A stretch of DNA of 64,000 bases from Vitrella brassicaformis CCMP3155 (GCA_001179505.1 CDMY01000321.1:1-64000); one strand, 5' to 3'; positions 48,561 through 61,637 are shown, counted from the first letter of the stretch. The notes: generated by a model not told the origin, from the letters alone. Made by a program: numbers and translations.

Positions 48561-50380
48561 ATGGGATCCAAGGCATCCACAGCGACGTGTTTGCCTTTCC
48601 TGGGTTTCTTCCACCGGGCCTCATCTGTCGCCACTTCCTTCGCCCAGCCGGCGATGCTGCAGATGCCTCCGAAGAGGAGCTCGTTCGCGCTTGGAATCAT
48701 CGCTGATGTCCAGTATGCCGATCACGACGACGGCTGGTATGCCGAGAAAGCAAGATGGAGGCAGTCAGGGGCATGACACTCCATCTCACATCTGTGGACT
48801 GCTGTGCTGTATGTGTAGGGACTTTGTGAGTGTTGTGACACAGAACAGAGAGGGGCGGGGCTCATGTTACCGCATGGCGATTCACCATCTGCTGTGTTGT
48901 GTTGTGTGGTGTATGTTGTGTGCAGGCCAGGACGCGCAAGAGATACTACCGCCAGTCGCTGAAACTGCTCCAGAAGGCCGTCGACGAGTGGAACAAACGC
49001 TCTCTCGACGGCGTCATACAGGTGCGGACAGACAGACAGACAGACAGGCAGGCAGACAGGCAGACGGACAGGCCGCATGCAGAGTGTGTTCACGAGAAGT
49101 TGTGAGTGTGTGCGCGCGTGTTGTGTTTGGTCAGCTGGGTGACTTGATTGACGGCAAGAACAAGGGCCTCAAACAGGTGGCTGGGGAGGAGCATCCCTCC
49201 GAGAGGGCCCTGCGGCTGGTGATGGAGCAGCTCAACCGCCTCACATGCCCTCTCTACTCTCTGCTGGGCAATCACGAATTCTACGTAAGCAGAAAAATCG
49301 TGTGTGTGCGTGTGTGTGTGTTCATTTCTGTCTCTTGCTGCTCATTCGGTCAGAACTTGCCTCGTCAGGAGTGGGTGAAGCGTCTGCTCAGCAACGTGGC
49401 ACTCGACGGCGACCCTGACCGAGCCTACTACCAAGTGCAAATCGCCGATGGATGGTCAGTTTGGTTGACACACACAACTGTCTAACCGCGCTGGCTGATG
49501 GGTGTGTGTGTGTTGGTTTGTGCAATGCAGGCGTCTGGTGGTATTGGACTCGTATGAGGTGTCTTCCTGCGGCTGGGATGAGGGCCACCCCCGACACGCC
49601 GAGGCCATGGAGTGGCTCAAGAAGCACAACCACAACATACGCGACGCCAAAAGAGACTGGTGAGTCAGTCAGTGGTTGTGTGAGACGCCGGCAGAGAGAT
49701 TCATGTGTGACATCTCTGTCTGTCTGTCAGGTTGGCTGGGATGAGGGGTCAGGCGAAGCGATGGGTGCATTATAACGGCGGCGTTACACAGCAGCAGCTG
49801 CAGTGGCTCAGAGATATCCTCACAAAGGCCGACAAGGCAGACGAGAAGGTGCAGTGCGTGAGCCGTCGATGCCCGCCCGCACCGTCCGCTCGTCTATCTC
49901 TGGGCCCCCGGATCGCTGCGTCTGTCTGTGTGAGTCTTCCTTCGTCAGGTGCTGCTGTTCAGCCACATCCCCATCTACCCGCCCTCGACAAAGGACACCA
50001 CCATCCTGTGGAACTACCAAGACGCCATGAAGGTCCTCCACGAGACCCAATGCGTCGTCGCCTGCTTCTACGGTCAGCCAGTCAGTCAGTCAACAGCCGC
50101 AGAAGCAATCAGCATGCTGCTGATTCGCTGACCCCTTTCTTCGTTCTCTGTCTTTCGTATTCCAGGCCACGATCACGACGGCGGCGAGGCCGTCGACTCC
50201 CATGGCATCCACCACATCACGCTCGCGTCGCCGCTCGAGTGCCTGCCGTCCGAGAACGCCTGGGGCATCCTCCGCGGCGATAGCGATGGTGGTCTGGTGC
50301 TCGAGGGGCACGGCAAGGTGCCCTCGCTGACGATTTCGGTGAGGGAAAACAAGATTGAGAAGGCGGTCAAGGGGGGATGA
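48561..50380 (+). CDS. ADPRM: Mn-dependent ADP-ribose/CDP-alcohol diphosphatase (metallophosphoesterase)
   Basis: GIIADVQYAD, RYYRQSL, LGDLIDG, LLGNHEFY, VVLDSY, YNGGV..QQLQWL, FSHIPI, WNY, GHDHDGG, LASPLE. Confidence 0.92.
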
Positions 50381-51247
50381 GAGGCGTGATCCGATGCGTG
50401 CACATCATGTTGATGATGGGGCGGGGCGGTTGGTCCAGTCGTTTATTGATCAATCAACGCATCCACGACGTGGATGACGGACGGATTGAGGCAGACTGCC
50501 TGACGGACGGCTGCACGGGCTGGCGGTGTACAGCGGCACTCGGTGTGCTTGTACAGCTGGATGGGGATGGTGCTCGTTTCGTGTGGTGGGGCGGCTTAGG
50601 CGGTAAGGCCTGGCGGGGCGATGTGACATAGCTATCCATAGGGCCGTGTGTGTACGTTCATGTGGTTGCTGTGCTGGGAGGGGACTCACTCATTCACTCT
50701 CCCCAAAGCAAGCAACAAGCATTCTTCTGTCTGTCTGTGTCGGTCTGTCTGTCTGTCTGTCAGAATCCAATCCACCCCCACCATCCATCACATGTATGTT
50801 GTGTAAAAGCCCTCAATTGGTCACTCACTGTACAAGACAGACAGACAGACAGACAGCTATGAAGGTAGGTAGGTAGGTAGCTGGCACACACCTAGTGGGA
50901 AGGAAGGGACAAACAGCGGGTCGGCACATCGGTACGTACGTCCACCTAGGTACCTGTCTACCCGAGCTGGCTGGACTGACTGGTCCACACCGATAAACCC
51001 TCTCTCTCTCTCTCTTTCTCGCCCTCTCCGCCCATCCAAGCGAGCAGCACGGTAGGTACCCTGACGCACTCAAGTCACACTGCAACAAAACGGCACTCAC
51101 CCCGCCCCGCCCGACCCACACCCGCAATCACACACACTTTCACAACGTGGGGTAAAAATCCCAGTAGAGCAGCCAGCCGGCCAGCCCGCCGGCCACGTCC
51201 GGCTATATGTACACTCACCCACTCCCTCTCGGCTCTCCCGTATTCAC

Positions 51248-53130
51248 TCACTCAGTCACTCCCCTGTCTGTCTGTGTGGCGCTCGCCACAGGTTCCCCTA
51301 CTGCTACACGAGCGGCACTGGCGCCTCTCTTCTCGTCCTGAGGCTGGTGGCCGTTGGGCCGCTCGGTTGTCGGTGGCTTCTGTTGGTCGATGGGCGCAAC
51401 AAGCGACCCCGTGTGTGCGTCGGCAGCAGGGACAGTGGTGTTTGCTGCTGCTGCTGCTGCTGCTGTTGTTGTCGCGCTTGTGTTTGGCTTCTGAGCGCGG
51501 CTGTGAGACTCGATGAACTCATCCCACCTGGCCACACACACAGCAGAGAGAAATCAAACACATGGGTGGGTGAGTGGCACGCTGCGCTGCTCGTGTGTAC
51601 CGACCGACCGTTTGGCGGCCTCCTTGGAGAAGGTCCGCCAGGATGCCTGTGCTTGGGTGGCGCTGTGGGCGAGCGCCGTGCGGGCATCCTTTTGAACTGA
51701 ACAGACAGACAGACAGACAAACCAACAGCAGACCAATCAGTGAGTGAGTGAGCAGTGGTGTGTGCGCGCGTGCGTATGTGTGTGGGTGCTCACCCGTCCC
51801 ATCTGCAAGTTTCTTCCATGTGGTCTGGACGTTCTGCGATATCTGGTGCCGCTCGTCGAAGGCCTGCAGCTTGTCCAGCATCTTGTGCTGACGCGACAGA
51901 CAGGCATCACACAAAAAGCGTATGTCACGTATGGTATGCGTGTGCCACGAAAAAAGCGGGCTAACCTGTTTGTCCAAGTCTTCGAAGCGCTTGAAGGCGC
52001 GCTCATACACTTTCCACGCCTGATGAATATGACCACAGCATACACACGCAGAGAGAGAGAGAGGGATCGATCTTTACACCCATTCTCGCAAAGGCCGCGC
52101 GCCGGCATGTGCGTGCACACACTCACCCTGAATTTCATCTTGAGGTCTTCCACGAGATATCTCCACTGGTAGAAGGCCAACACGAACAGACGGCCCGTCG
52201 CGCGCACCCAACGCGACACCCTGCACACACACGTCCCCCAACAAGAAGACAAAGAGGTGTGCTGACGTGTGTTGTCTGCCCCAACAAAATCTCTACTTCG
52301 GACCTGCCAGGTTTGTCATAGTTGTTGATCGCCCACACCAACCCGATCGCCGCACCCAGCCAGCCCCGCTGCAGCAGCTGGACCCACACACGGACAACAC
52401 GTGGATGTGACGGTGCAGGTGTGTAAATCGGTTCTCTTACCCCCTTTGATACAATAAGTCCGAGCAGTGCCCCCGCCACACTGCATGCTGCCAGCAGCTG
52501 CTCCTCGTACGGAATCGACAGCTAAACGAGCGAGCCATCAATGAGTGAGTGCACTGCCAACATTTGGCTGGTAGATAGATCGTGGAATGGGTGTGTGTTT
52601 GCTGACCAGCTGTAGCAGCTCAGGCGGGACGACTCGCTGACGCATGCTGCTGTCCATTGTAGCGCCGCCCTTCCCACCACTGCACTCGGCACACACTCAG
52701 ACAGAGAAACAAAGATACATGGGAAGGTCGTTAGGGTGTGGTGTGCCCACGCGGCCGCCCACCTGCTCTCTGCGGCCACAGCTGCCTTGGTTGCGATGGC
52801 GAGCAGCTTCTGCTGCTGCACTTGCTGCTCCTTGAGCTGTCGCTCCAGCTCCTCTATACGCACCCTCAGCTTTCCCGCCTCGCTCTCAGGTTCAGAAGCG
52901 GCGTGCCGGCCTCCTTTCTTGGACATCATGACGTGCACCATCGGCCGCCGGCTGATCCACGGCAGGGGTCTGCATGGCTGGAAGGCTGGCGAGTGGTGCA
53001 GGGGGGCTGTGCTGGCGAGTGAGAGGCACATGAGCAACAGCACAGTGCTGATGAAGCGAGTGCCGCAAGGGGATGAACAAAACGGCGGATCTTCTTCGCG
53101 CGAGGCGTCCTTCGCCTGTCCTGAACCCAT
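51248..53130 (-). CDS. Hypothetical, probably plastid-targeted membrane protein with coiled coil
   Basis: Hydrophobic leader (FISTVLLLMCLSLASTA...PAF), R/S-rich transit-like stretch, coiled coil (LRVRIEELERQLKEQQ), TM-like AACSVAGALLGLIV and GWLGAAIGLVWAI; ~8 exons join in frame. Confidence 0.6.
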
Positions 53131-53182
53131 CGTACATCACATTAGGGACTACTGCTGACGACTTTTCTGTCCTGTTTTTCTA

Positions 53183-53190
53183 AGCTCGCA
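53183..53190. promoter_or_regulatory. AGCTCGCA in the orphan/secreted-protein spacer
   Basis: Exact reverse-complement octamer in a 101-nt spacer. Confidence 0.55.
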
Positions 53191-53231
53191 TAGGCTTGGG
53201 GCTCCCTGAAACCGCTGCTGCTTGGGGTGGG

Positions 53232-53898
53232 ATGAAGTTGATGTTTGCGCTTCGAATCGCTGCCCTGGTTTTGGCCATCTGTGTCACGGTGGCGTCAGCA
53301 AGCGGGGGGACCGTCGGCAAACGCGAAAAAGGTATGTATACGGTATCTATCCAGGGGCATCCGATGGGCGGATGATGGATGGATGGATGGGCACGTTGGT
53401 CTGCAGGTATGCTGGCGGGTGCGTCTGGCCTCCAGTATCGGCTGTCGCTCGTGCAGCAGCAGGTGCGGCAGGCCAACAACATGATGGAAGCGGCGAATAC
53501 GATTAGCAAGGTGGCGGCTGAGATGGCCAAGACCGCCCATACACAGCTGATGGATCTCATCACCAAGGGCACGGATAGAGGTACGGACCAATGGATGGAT
53601 GGATGGATGGATGGAGCATCTTTGTGTCTGTCAGCCTCTGGCGCAGGCTGTTATGCCAACAACTACATGTGCCCGGAGGATGACCCCGAGAGTGTTGGGC
53701 AGCCGTGCGGCTCAATCACCGCGGACGACGGAACGACCCTCAACTGCCGCTGCATACCTGGACACTGCACGGTGAGGGCGGCACAGCACACACACATGCA
53801 GGCTTGCTCTGCATCTGGCGTGTGTGCAGACCGAGGGATTCTATAAAATGTACGAGCGCACCATGCCGCACTTGACAGAGAGCTTGAAACGGACCTAG
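53232..53898 (+). CDS. Small secreted protein with a helical segment and a 6-Cys domain
   Basis: Signal peptide MKLMFALRIAALVLAICVTVASA; four exons in frame; C-YANNYM-C...C...C-R-C-IPGH-C; stop at 53896-53898. Confidence 0.7.
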
Positions 53899-54412
53899 TT
53901 ATACTCTCGTCGGAGGCGCGCACACACACCTCTACACACACACCGACACACAGCCACTGGCAGGTTGGTAGGGGCCGGGGGCTCGGGGGGTGGAATGGGT
54001 TGGCTGGGTCTCTGGTGCACAGGGGCGAGTGGCTGGCTGGGGTGGTGAATGGGTGGCGTTTGTCGACTGACTGATGGATTGACTGACTGCATACATACAT
54101 TGGGATGATCAAGTAAATATGTGCAGGTTGGGTGCCCAGGTGTCAGTCTTAACGAAGAGTCCAGCCGTCACACACACACACACACACACACACATCCATC
54201 CATCCATCCATGTGTGCATACGCAGAGACCCGCCCACAAAAAGGAGGGCGAAGAGGGCCCACTCTACACGCATGTCCTATCTATCCACCAGCGCCCTTTC
54301 AGTCAGCTCAGCCACCCTGTTGTAACCGTGCATCAGCTGGCAGGAAAGCCAAACCAGCAAGAGCATTACGAGATACATAACGAGATAGAGAAGCCCCCTT
54401 TGCCGCCTTTGC

Positions 54413-55139
54413 TCAATCGCCCGACCGCTCACTCGTTGAAGTCGGCCGTGAAGAAGAGCTGGAGTCGGCGGACCTCTCGGCCAGTGCCTGCCGTTTCTGA
54501 TCGAACTCCCTCTCCCAGTTTTGGCCGTCAAAGTGTTCCACAACGATCTTGTCAATGGTGGAGGGGTCCAGACACCTGGGGTTCACACCTGATGAATGCG
54601 ATCGATGCGATTGACGGAAAGGCGGAAAGAGAAATTAAGCAGCTCGGATTGTGGGTGCATTGCTTACCGTATCCGTCTGGGTTCGACCTCGGTATATAGA
54701 AGGACTGTACGCCACAGACTTTGCAGAACAGGTGCTGCGCCTGCATCGAGTTGAATCGGTAGCACGTCAGCATCTCCTCACCCTACACCCATGGCCATGC
54801 ACACGGACAGAGGGACTTATTGCATGTGTGTCGGCCGGCAGCCCTGACTGACCTGTAGGAGCTTGAATCTGGCTTTTGGAACGATGAAGTGCAGGTTGCT
54901 CTTGATGGCACAGATGGAACAGCTGCACACACACACACACACACCACACACAAGACGCACACACACACACATTAAGCCAAGCCATTCAAGCGCCGCGTTT
55001 CGAGCAGTCGCTTGGTCGTTCATCATCTCTCTGACTTGCAATCGATGACGTTGAGCACGGCAGGCGCCTGCACCTCAAACCTGACGGCCAGACAATGGCA
55101 GCTGCCTCGATGAAGAACCAGCGGCATTTGTGACGACAT
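54413..55139 (-). CDS. GFA / CENP-V family Zn-binding protein
   Basis: HRGSCHCLAVRFEV, IDC|NCSICA, HFIVPKARFKLL, YRFNSMQAQHLFCKVCGVQSFYIPRSNPDGY|GVNPRCLD, FDGQNWE. Confidence 0.92.
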
Positions 55140-55485
55140 CGCATAGGGAGTGTCAATCTCGACTCCTGGCGGCCCAGTGGACATCACTGAACAATGTCAA
55201 GGGGCTTGGGATGAGTTCGGCGCCTCCAGGCCTGCAAGCTCAATTGTGAAGAGCCAACTCGGATCGCCTTCTGAGAAATCAGCTCTTTGAAGGCTTGTGG
55301 CGGTGTTGAACGGCCTGAGAAGGCCGCAAGGAGTCTGTCGATATCGTTGATCTACCTCTCAAAGCATTGGTACGTCATTGGCGATGCATTCACAACCAAG
55401 GCGCCGTCCGTGAGAGCTGCATCCCTCATCCATCCCATTCCACAGCTTTCTCGGCAACAAGTGGTGCGGATGATCTGTCGCTGCG

Positions 55486-58400
55486 ATGAGTGAACGCCTC
55501 TCAATGTTGTCTCGAAGGGTGCGACAGCGGCTCTCCCGACCACCACCATTATCTGCGGCCTTCAGCTGCCCTCCCACGCATTCATCATTCCCGCCGCCCG
55601 TCCACTCATCGCGAGTGCATCATCATCGCTTCGTTGCAACGCTCCCTGAACAGAGCACTCAGTGGCAGGACCCCCACGGGTTCCCCGATGGTGCCTTCTG
55701 GTCGATAGATCCCCGCTACCACGTGGAGCAGGGCAGCAAGGAGTACGTCAGGCCGCCCACCGCCAACCAGCCCAGCAAGCCACAGAGCAAGAGGCCCCTT
55801 TCTCCTGGCGAGTGGGAGAGGACGGTGTGGGGCGGGAGGCCGGCGGAGGAGCTGCCTGAGGACGGGCCGATTGACGTCTGGGATGTGGGTGTTGACGGCA
55901 TGTCGTTCGAGAAGCTGTGGGAGCTTTTCTGTGACATGATCGGGCCGCAAGAGGTTTACCTGGAGAGAACCAGGATGGCTGACCCCTCAGACCTAAGTCA
56001 AGACACGGCCACTGAAGAGGGAGGAGGCGATACAGCAAAGGCTACTGCCACTATCTACCTTCCTGTGATGAGCCAAGAGGTCGTCAGCACTGCTCGGGCC
56101 GTGTGGCCGGCCGAGCCAGCCCCTGACCTCTCCGTCAAAGTCAAACCTTCATTGGTGGCCCTCTGCTTCCCTCCCATCCTCTTCCTGCGCTACGGCGGCA
56201 ATGGGGTGATCGCCGTGGACCTTTCAGCTCCCTCGATGAGGAGTGACGGCCAGAATGTGTCGCTGTTCAACAACCTTCTGCAGCCGCACATCAAAGGGCT
56301 GCAGCTGGGGGATCTGACCAACGTCATGGCGGCCTTGGGCGCCCTGGCTGTGCCCCGGGTGTTCAAGAGGGCCGACAGCATGAGGGACCTCGAGACCATC
56401 AAGATGGAAAAGCTGGCCGACGCCATGCTCGCAAGGTGTGTGTCACCGTTTGTGGAGCGGCTGCTGCAAGCGGGGTCGGTCAACAAGCAGACTGGCGAGC
56501 TCGAGTCGCTGGTGCTTGGCCTCTCGCTCTCTGGCATGATCCGCATGTACGAGGGGATCGTTCAGAGCGGTTATGCCGTCCACTTTGCGGCGAGGTGGCG
56601 GGACGTGCAGGCGATGATTTGCTCGCAGATGCGGACCCACTGCGACCGACTGCCCCTCTATCGCATTGCGGCCCTGTTCCAGAGTGCAGCCACCTTTGCG
56701 CGTGTCGATCGGCCGCTGGTGCTGGCCTTCACCGACTACGTGTGCGGCATCGTGGACGGTCTGCGGCCGAACGTCATGACGGCGTTCGTCCTGACTGTCG
56801 GGTCGTCTCGTGACGCGTTGGACGAGTTCTGGATGTTCCTCATGGCCAAGAGGGTGCAGGACAAGGGAGAGGTACAGACACATGCATGCAGAGACAGACG
56901 CGGGACGGGAGGGCTGCGTTCCTCGATGAGTGATTATTGGGTCTGTTTGTTGTGACATGTGATGGCTGATGGCCATGCATGGCTGATGACTCAGGCGTAT
57001 TCGCCAGCGCAGCTGACGCCCATTCTCAAGACCTATGCCGACGCCGGGCTGGAGGTACCAACAACACACAACACACAACACAGAACACACAACACACAGA
57101 ACCGCCTCTACATAGCTGTATGCGTCTGATGTGGCTAGGATGAGGAGTTTTACACGCGGATGGCGAGTGTCGTCAAGGGCAAGTTCTACGAATTCACACC
57201 CGTGCAGCTCATGAGGATGATTTCCGCCATGGAACGGGTCGGTAGCTGGGGGGGTGGTTGGCGGTCTGGCCAGACACAAGCAAACACCACACCACACGCC
57301 ACGATGATGCACACAATCAGTCCGCCCGCTGTATCTGCCTCTTTCCAGGTCCGTTATCGCGACGAGGACCTCTTGAAGGCTTCCCTGCAGAGCCTTGACA
57401 AGTTCTTCGCCCACTGGCTGTCGACCGACAGGGACGTCAAGAACAAGCCACCGAGAATCAGGCGACTCAGATCATGTGCGCAACCCACAGACGTCAGCTC
57501 GGTAATGCAATGGACCGGGAAATGAGTGTGCGGTTTTTCTCGCGCAGGTCTGGTGGCCAACACCCCATGGCAGCCCGTCACGGCTCTGCAGGACGGCATG
57601 ACAGAAGATGATACTGACATTGATGAGCCGGCAGCCGTCAAGAAGTCCGATCCGACAGAGGCGGTGGTGATGGCCGACACGCGAGGCCTCATCGAGCGGG
57701 CCAGGGCGGAAAACGCCGACTTCATGACGGCTGGCGGGGAGCACTCGGAGGAGTTCTACGCCCTGCCGGACCAGCTCTCGGCGGTGGACCTCTGCAACCT
57801 GGTGAGGGCTGCCGGCCAGCTGGACTATCGCGTCATCGATGAGCCGGTCCACTGCTGGAGGGCTGTTGCGCTGGCCTTGAGGTCAACGTCTCTCAACGTC
57901 TTCAGGGATTCCACTCTCGCCTCCAGCCTGATCATTCTACAGGTGGGGAGGGCAGCCAGCCGGCCAGACAGAAATCTAGAAATCGTGATGGAATGGAAAA
58001 CTGTCTGTCTGTCTGTTTGCTTGGCGGTGTGTAGGGTGAGGCGGCCCGCGAGATCCTGCCTGCCTGGCTGGATCTGGTGCTCAAGCAGAAAACGCGAGAC
58101 ACACGAAGGGAGCGGACAGCAGCCAGGAGGTCAAAAGGGCCTTTCACTCACGACAGGCGATGCATCCTGGTACACGTGTCATGTGTTTCTGCAGGCAAGT
58201 AGTGCTGCAGCAGGCTGTGCGATACGGCCTGATCGAGCCCCTTGAGCCACGTGTGCAGCAAACACTCGATGAGATCGCTCCCCAAGAAGAGGTCACAAAA
58301 GCACCGACAGAAGAAGGCCTCCCACATCCGTTTTGCTCTGGTTCCTTCAGATGGACTCAATCATGGGACCCTCTGACCGTGGGGCTCCCCTGGAGTCGTC

Positions 58401-58830
58401 GTCGATGCACCTGGAGGTCGCGGCGTGCCTGTCGGCGCTCGACGTGTTCCACGAGAAGGAGATCCCCGTCACCCCCTACACCATGGACATCATCATCCCC
58501 TCCTCCCACGAGCTCGAGACCAAGGTGGCATACCTGCCGCTCCGCTCTCTGCAGCCGGCAGGGCCCACACAGCCGATCTCTATTGCCAGCCTGATGGACC
58601 TCGTGCACAGCGTGCCGCACTCAGTGAGGTCGCAATCGCTGGTCGGGAGGGCCGCGGCGGGGGCTGACAGGGCTGGGGGTGCGCGTGTGAGTGTGCCAAG
58701 AAACGGCAGTCTGGGTGCGGGTGTGAGTCCTGGCGCAAGTGACTTCGATCGCGGCAATCAAAGTGACTTTGTGCAGTGGAGTGGCTATGTGGAGCCTCAC
58801 GCACTGGGCGTGACGACTACTGAGGGGTAG
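55486..58830 (+). CDS. Mitochondrion-targeted-like helical-repeat (FAST/RAP-type) RNA-binding protein
   Basis: R/S-rich N-terminus; repeats LGDLTNVMAAL, YSPAQLTPILKTYA, FTPVQLMRMISAM, LSAVDLCNLVRAAGQLDY; C-terminal HLEVAACLSALDVFHEKEIPVTPYTMDIII (start of a RAP fold). Confidence 0.7.
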
Positions 58831-59223
58831 GGTGCGAGTGTTTAGATGTGGTGGGACCTGCTAAGAGGTCACCTTTCAGTGTGTGTCGGTGCATGTGTCG
58901 ACGAATGTGGTTGTAGACAGGGAATCGATTATGATGATCATCGAAAGGAAGGTCAATTGACAGTACGATGGATGCACCGACCAGTCCATCCCCACAGCAA
59001 CCACTAGTTAGACAACACCACCCCGACGCACACACGCTGCAGAAAAGATCATCCGCTCTCCCCTTTAACCTCCCTCCCTCTCTCCCTCTTTGCCGGCTAT
59101 AAGACAGGCAGACGCTGCTCAGCCTCTGTGTGCTAGGGTATTCATTATAGCTATGTGTGTGACAAGACTGACCGAACAGTCGCACAGTCTGTCTGCCAGT
59201 CAGCTGGATCAACCGACCGACAG

Positions 59224-59932
59224 TCACTTGACGAGTCCTGCGAGCAATCAATAAGTGGCCATACATACCATCCACACTCACCCACGCATGACACACACCC
59301 GACGCACGTGAACGATGCCCGGCTTCCTTCCTTCCTGCGCTCTTGTTGCCCATCCTTCCTTACCAAGTCCGGTGCCCCTGTCAGCATCCCCGTGCATCTC
59401 CTCGTTGAGCCGCATCATCCGCAGGAACTCCTCCTCGTGCTTTCGACGCTCCTCATCCACTTCCCCCTCCCCCTCCCCCGCCCCGTTCTCCTGGTCCTTG
59501 GTGTTCTTCTTGGCCTTCTTGGCCGCCCTCTCCTTCCCCTCCTTGGCGGCTGGCGCCTCACCAGCCTTCACAAACCCCTGCAGCGGTGCACTTGAGACCG
59601 CCTTGGGCTTGGCCGAGTTGCTGTTGGGTTCGGCGGTGGAGGGTGCGGATTTCTTCTGTCCTTGCATGCTGAGGAACTGCTCTCATCGGAAAGGGCAAGC
59701 CACGCTCATCATCACACCCGGCGGGCGCATCTGATCATCCGCTGTCTGTCTGTTTATATAGCGCCTGCATCCTTACCATCTCGAGGAATGAGCCGTCGTT
59801 CTTGAACTTGTTGGCGGCAGCCGCAGCAGGACCACTCGTCGAGGCGGTCTTGTCGCCGTTCTCCTCAGTCCGCTTGTCCAGCTCCTCCGCTTTTCGCTTC
59901 CTGCTGTCGTCAGGCAATTCAAGGTCGGCCAT
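59224..59932 (-). CDS. TRIR/C19orf43-like small nuclear protein
   Basis: NKFKNDGSFLEM|FLSM motif and spliced C-terminus DADRGTGL|GLVK*, resembling the family's NDGSFLE and terminal LVK motifs. Confidence 0.75.
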
Positions 59933-60144
59933 CGCAATGCCACCTTGCCCGTTCAAAAGGCGCCGATCGTCTCCCCTTCTCTGTCACAACACCTAAGCAC
60001 CTGCTCCTGCTCTTCACCCAGTCGGCAGCTCAGGGAGAAGAGCGGTTTCAGGAAGCACGTTTCAGGGAGCACCCTAGACCCTTCTCCGCTGTGAGCTGTG
60101 TGGTTTCTGCATTCCCCGACAAAAAGGCCGTCATTCGTCTGCAA

Positions 60145-61637
60145 ATGAAGCGCATCGTCTTGCTATCACTTGCATCTGCAGCAATAGCTGCTGCTTTTCA
60201 CCTTCCATCCGGTGATCTGCACCTCTCAAGGCCGAGCAGGACTCAGGCGGCGAGTCTGAGGCGCCATGCAGCCGCGAGGACCAGTCTTGTCATGAAGCTG
60301 GCGGGCTCCAGCGCCCTCATTGTGCAGAACAAGGGCGGCGGCCACGGCGAGTTGGGGTTCCATCTGGCCAAGCAGCTGCGGGCAGCCGGGTGCACAGTGA
60401 CGCTGCTCAACGACGGGCAGCCGACGGCCAAGCCGCCCTTCGACCACTACAATGAGTTGGAGCAGGAGTATGTGGACATCGTGTGGACAGATGTTAAGGC
60501 GCAGAGGGACCTCTCTTCGGTGCTCAAGGGCAAGACGTTCGACCTGGTCTTCGACAACTGGTCCAAGGACGAGGGCACGGTGCGGCCCATCGCCGAGTTT
60601 GCGAAGAAGAACAACGTCAAGCACTACATGTACGTGTCTTCCGGCGGCATGTACCAGCCCACAGGGGATGAGTTCCCCATCCTTGAGAAGACCAAGGTCA
60701 AGGACGACTCGGGGCAGCGTCAGGTGGAGAAGACGCTCGAGGCGATGAAGGTGCCGTGGACGTCCTTCAGGCCGCAGTACATCTACGGGCCGTACACCAA
60801 CAAGAGGGACTACCTTGACTTCTTCTTCGACCGCGTCACACACGGCCTGCCCATACCCATCCCCTACGAAGGAGCCACACTCACCACACTCACCAACGCA
60901 GAGGTCAAAGGCAAACACACACCGACAGAGGGAGGGAACTGGGTGGTGTGCTCTGATGGCTTATGTGGTGTTTTTCGCTGTGTCTGTGCGTGTGCGTGTG
61001 TGTGTATGTGTGTATGTGTGTAGGACGTGGCGTCGATGTTGATATCTGCCGTCGGGAAGCAGTACGCCATCGGAGAGGTCTTCAACTGCGCCAGCGACAG
61101 GTATATGACACCACACCCACCAGCAGGGCACAGGGTTTCCCATGTTGTTCTGATTGTGTATGTGGGTGCTCAGGTACATCAGCTATGAGGGCATCGTCAG
61201 GATGGTGGCCAAGACAGTCGGCAAGGTGAGAACCACACACACGCACACGCAGAGACAGACAGAGATCGCTTCACTTTTCCATGTTTGTTTGTCTGTGTCA
61301 CTCAGGATCCATCTGAAGCGGTCAAGAGCATCGTGTACTACGACCCCAAGAGGGCCGCCCTGCCCAAGGGCGCCTTCCCCTTCCGCAACACACACTTCTG
61401 CGTCAACCCCGAGAAGGCCAAGCTCCTCCTGGATTGGAGGCCCCAACACAGGCTCGAAGACGACCTCAAATGGTCAGAGTGGCTTGCTCCACACACCGAC
61501 CTCAGCCTGGCGTCACGTGCGTGTGTGTGTTTGCGTGCGTGGTGTGCAGGTATTTCGCCGCGTACAGGTCTCTGGGCAAGCTGGCTGGCCAAGTGGACAC
61601 AAGTGCAGATGCCAAGGCGATCGCCGCTCGCGCGTGA
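60145..61637 (+). CDS. CSP41A: Plastid stem-loop RNA-binding NAD-epimerase/SDR-fold protein, CSP41a-like
   Basis: Leader MKRIVLLSLASAAIAAAF; LIVQNKGGGHGELGFHLAKQL..GCTVT..KPPF (CSP41a pattern), YVSSGGMY, FRPQYIYGP, RDYLDFFFDRV, FPFRNTHF. Confidence 0.88.

Noticed and set aside
47781-48776. Long ORFs antisense to real genes (e.g. 47781-48776 +, 21208-22026 +, 56443-57414 -, 60226-60918 -, 11660-12403 -)
   Set aside because: They are shadow frames of GC3-rich coding exons on the other strand and carry no motifs.
41725-54695. GTTCGA T-loop-like strings (41728, 45212, 54682)
   Set aside because: All lie inside coding exons and have no cloverleaf context, so they are not tRNAs.
6571-61637. Functional clustering of plastid-targeted genes (OPR-like, APE1, orphan, CSP41a)
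   Set aside because: They are scattered among unrelated genes and each is paired with a non-plastid partner, which is compatible with the normal frequency of plastid-targeted genes.
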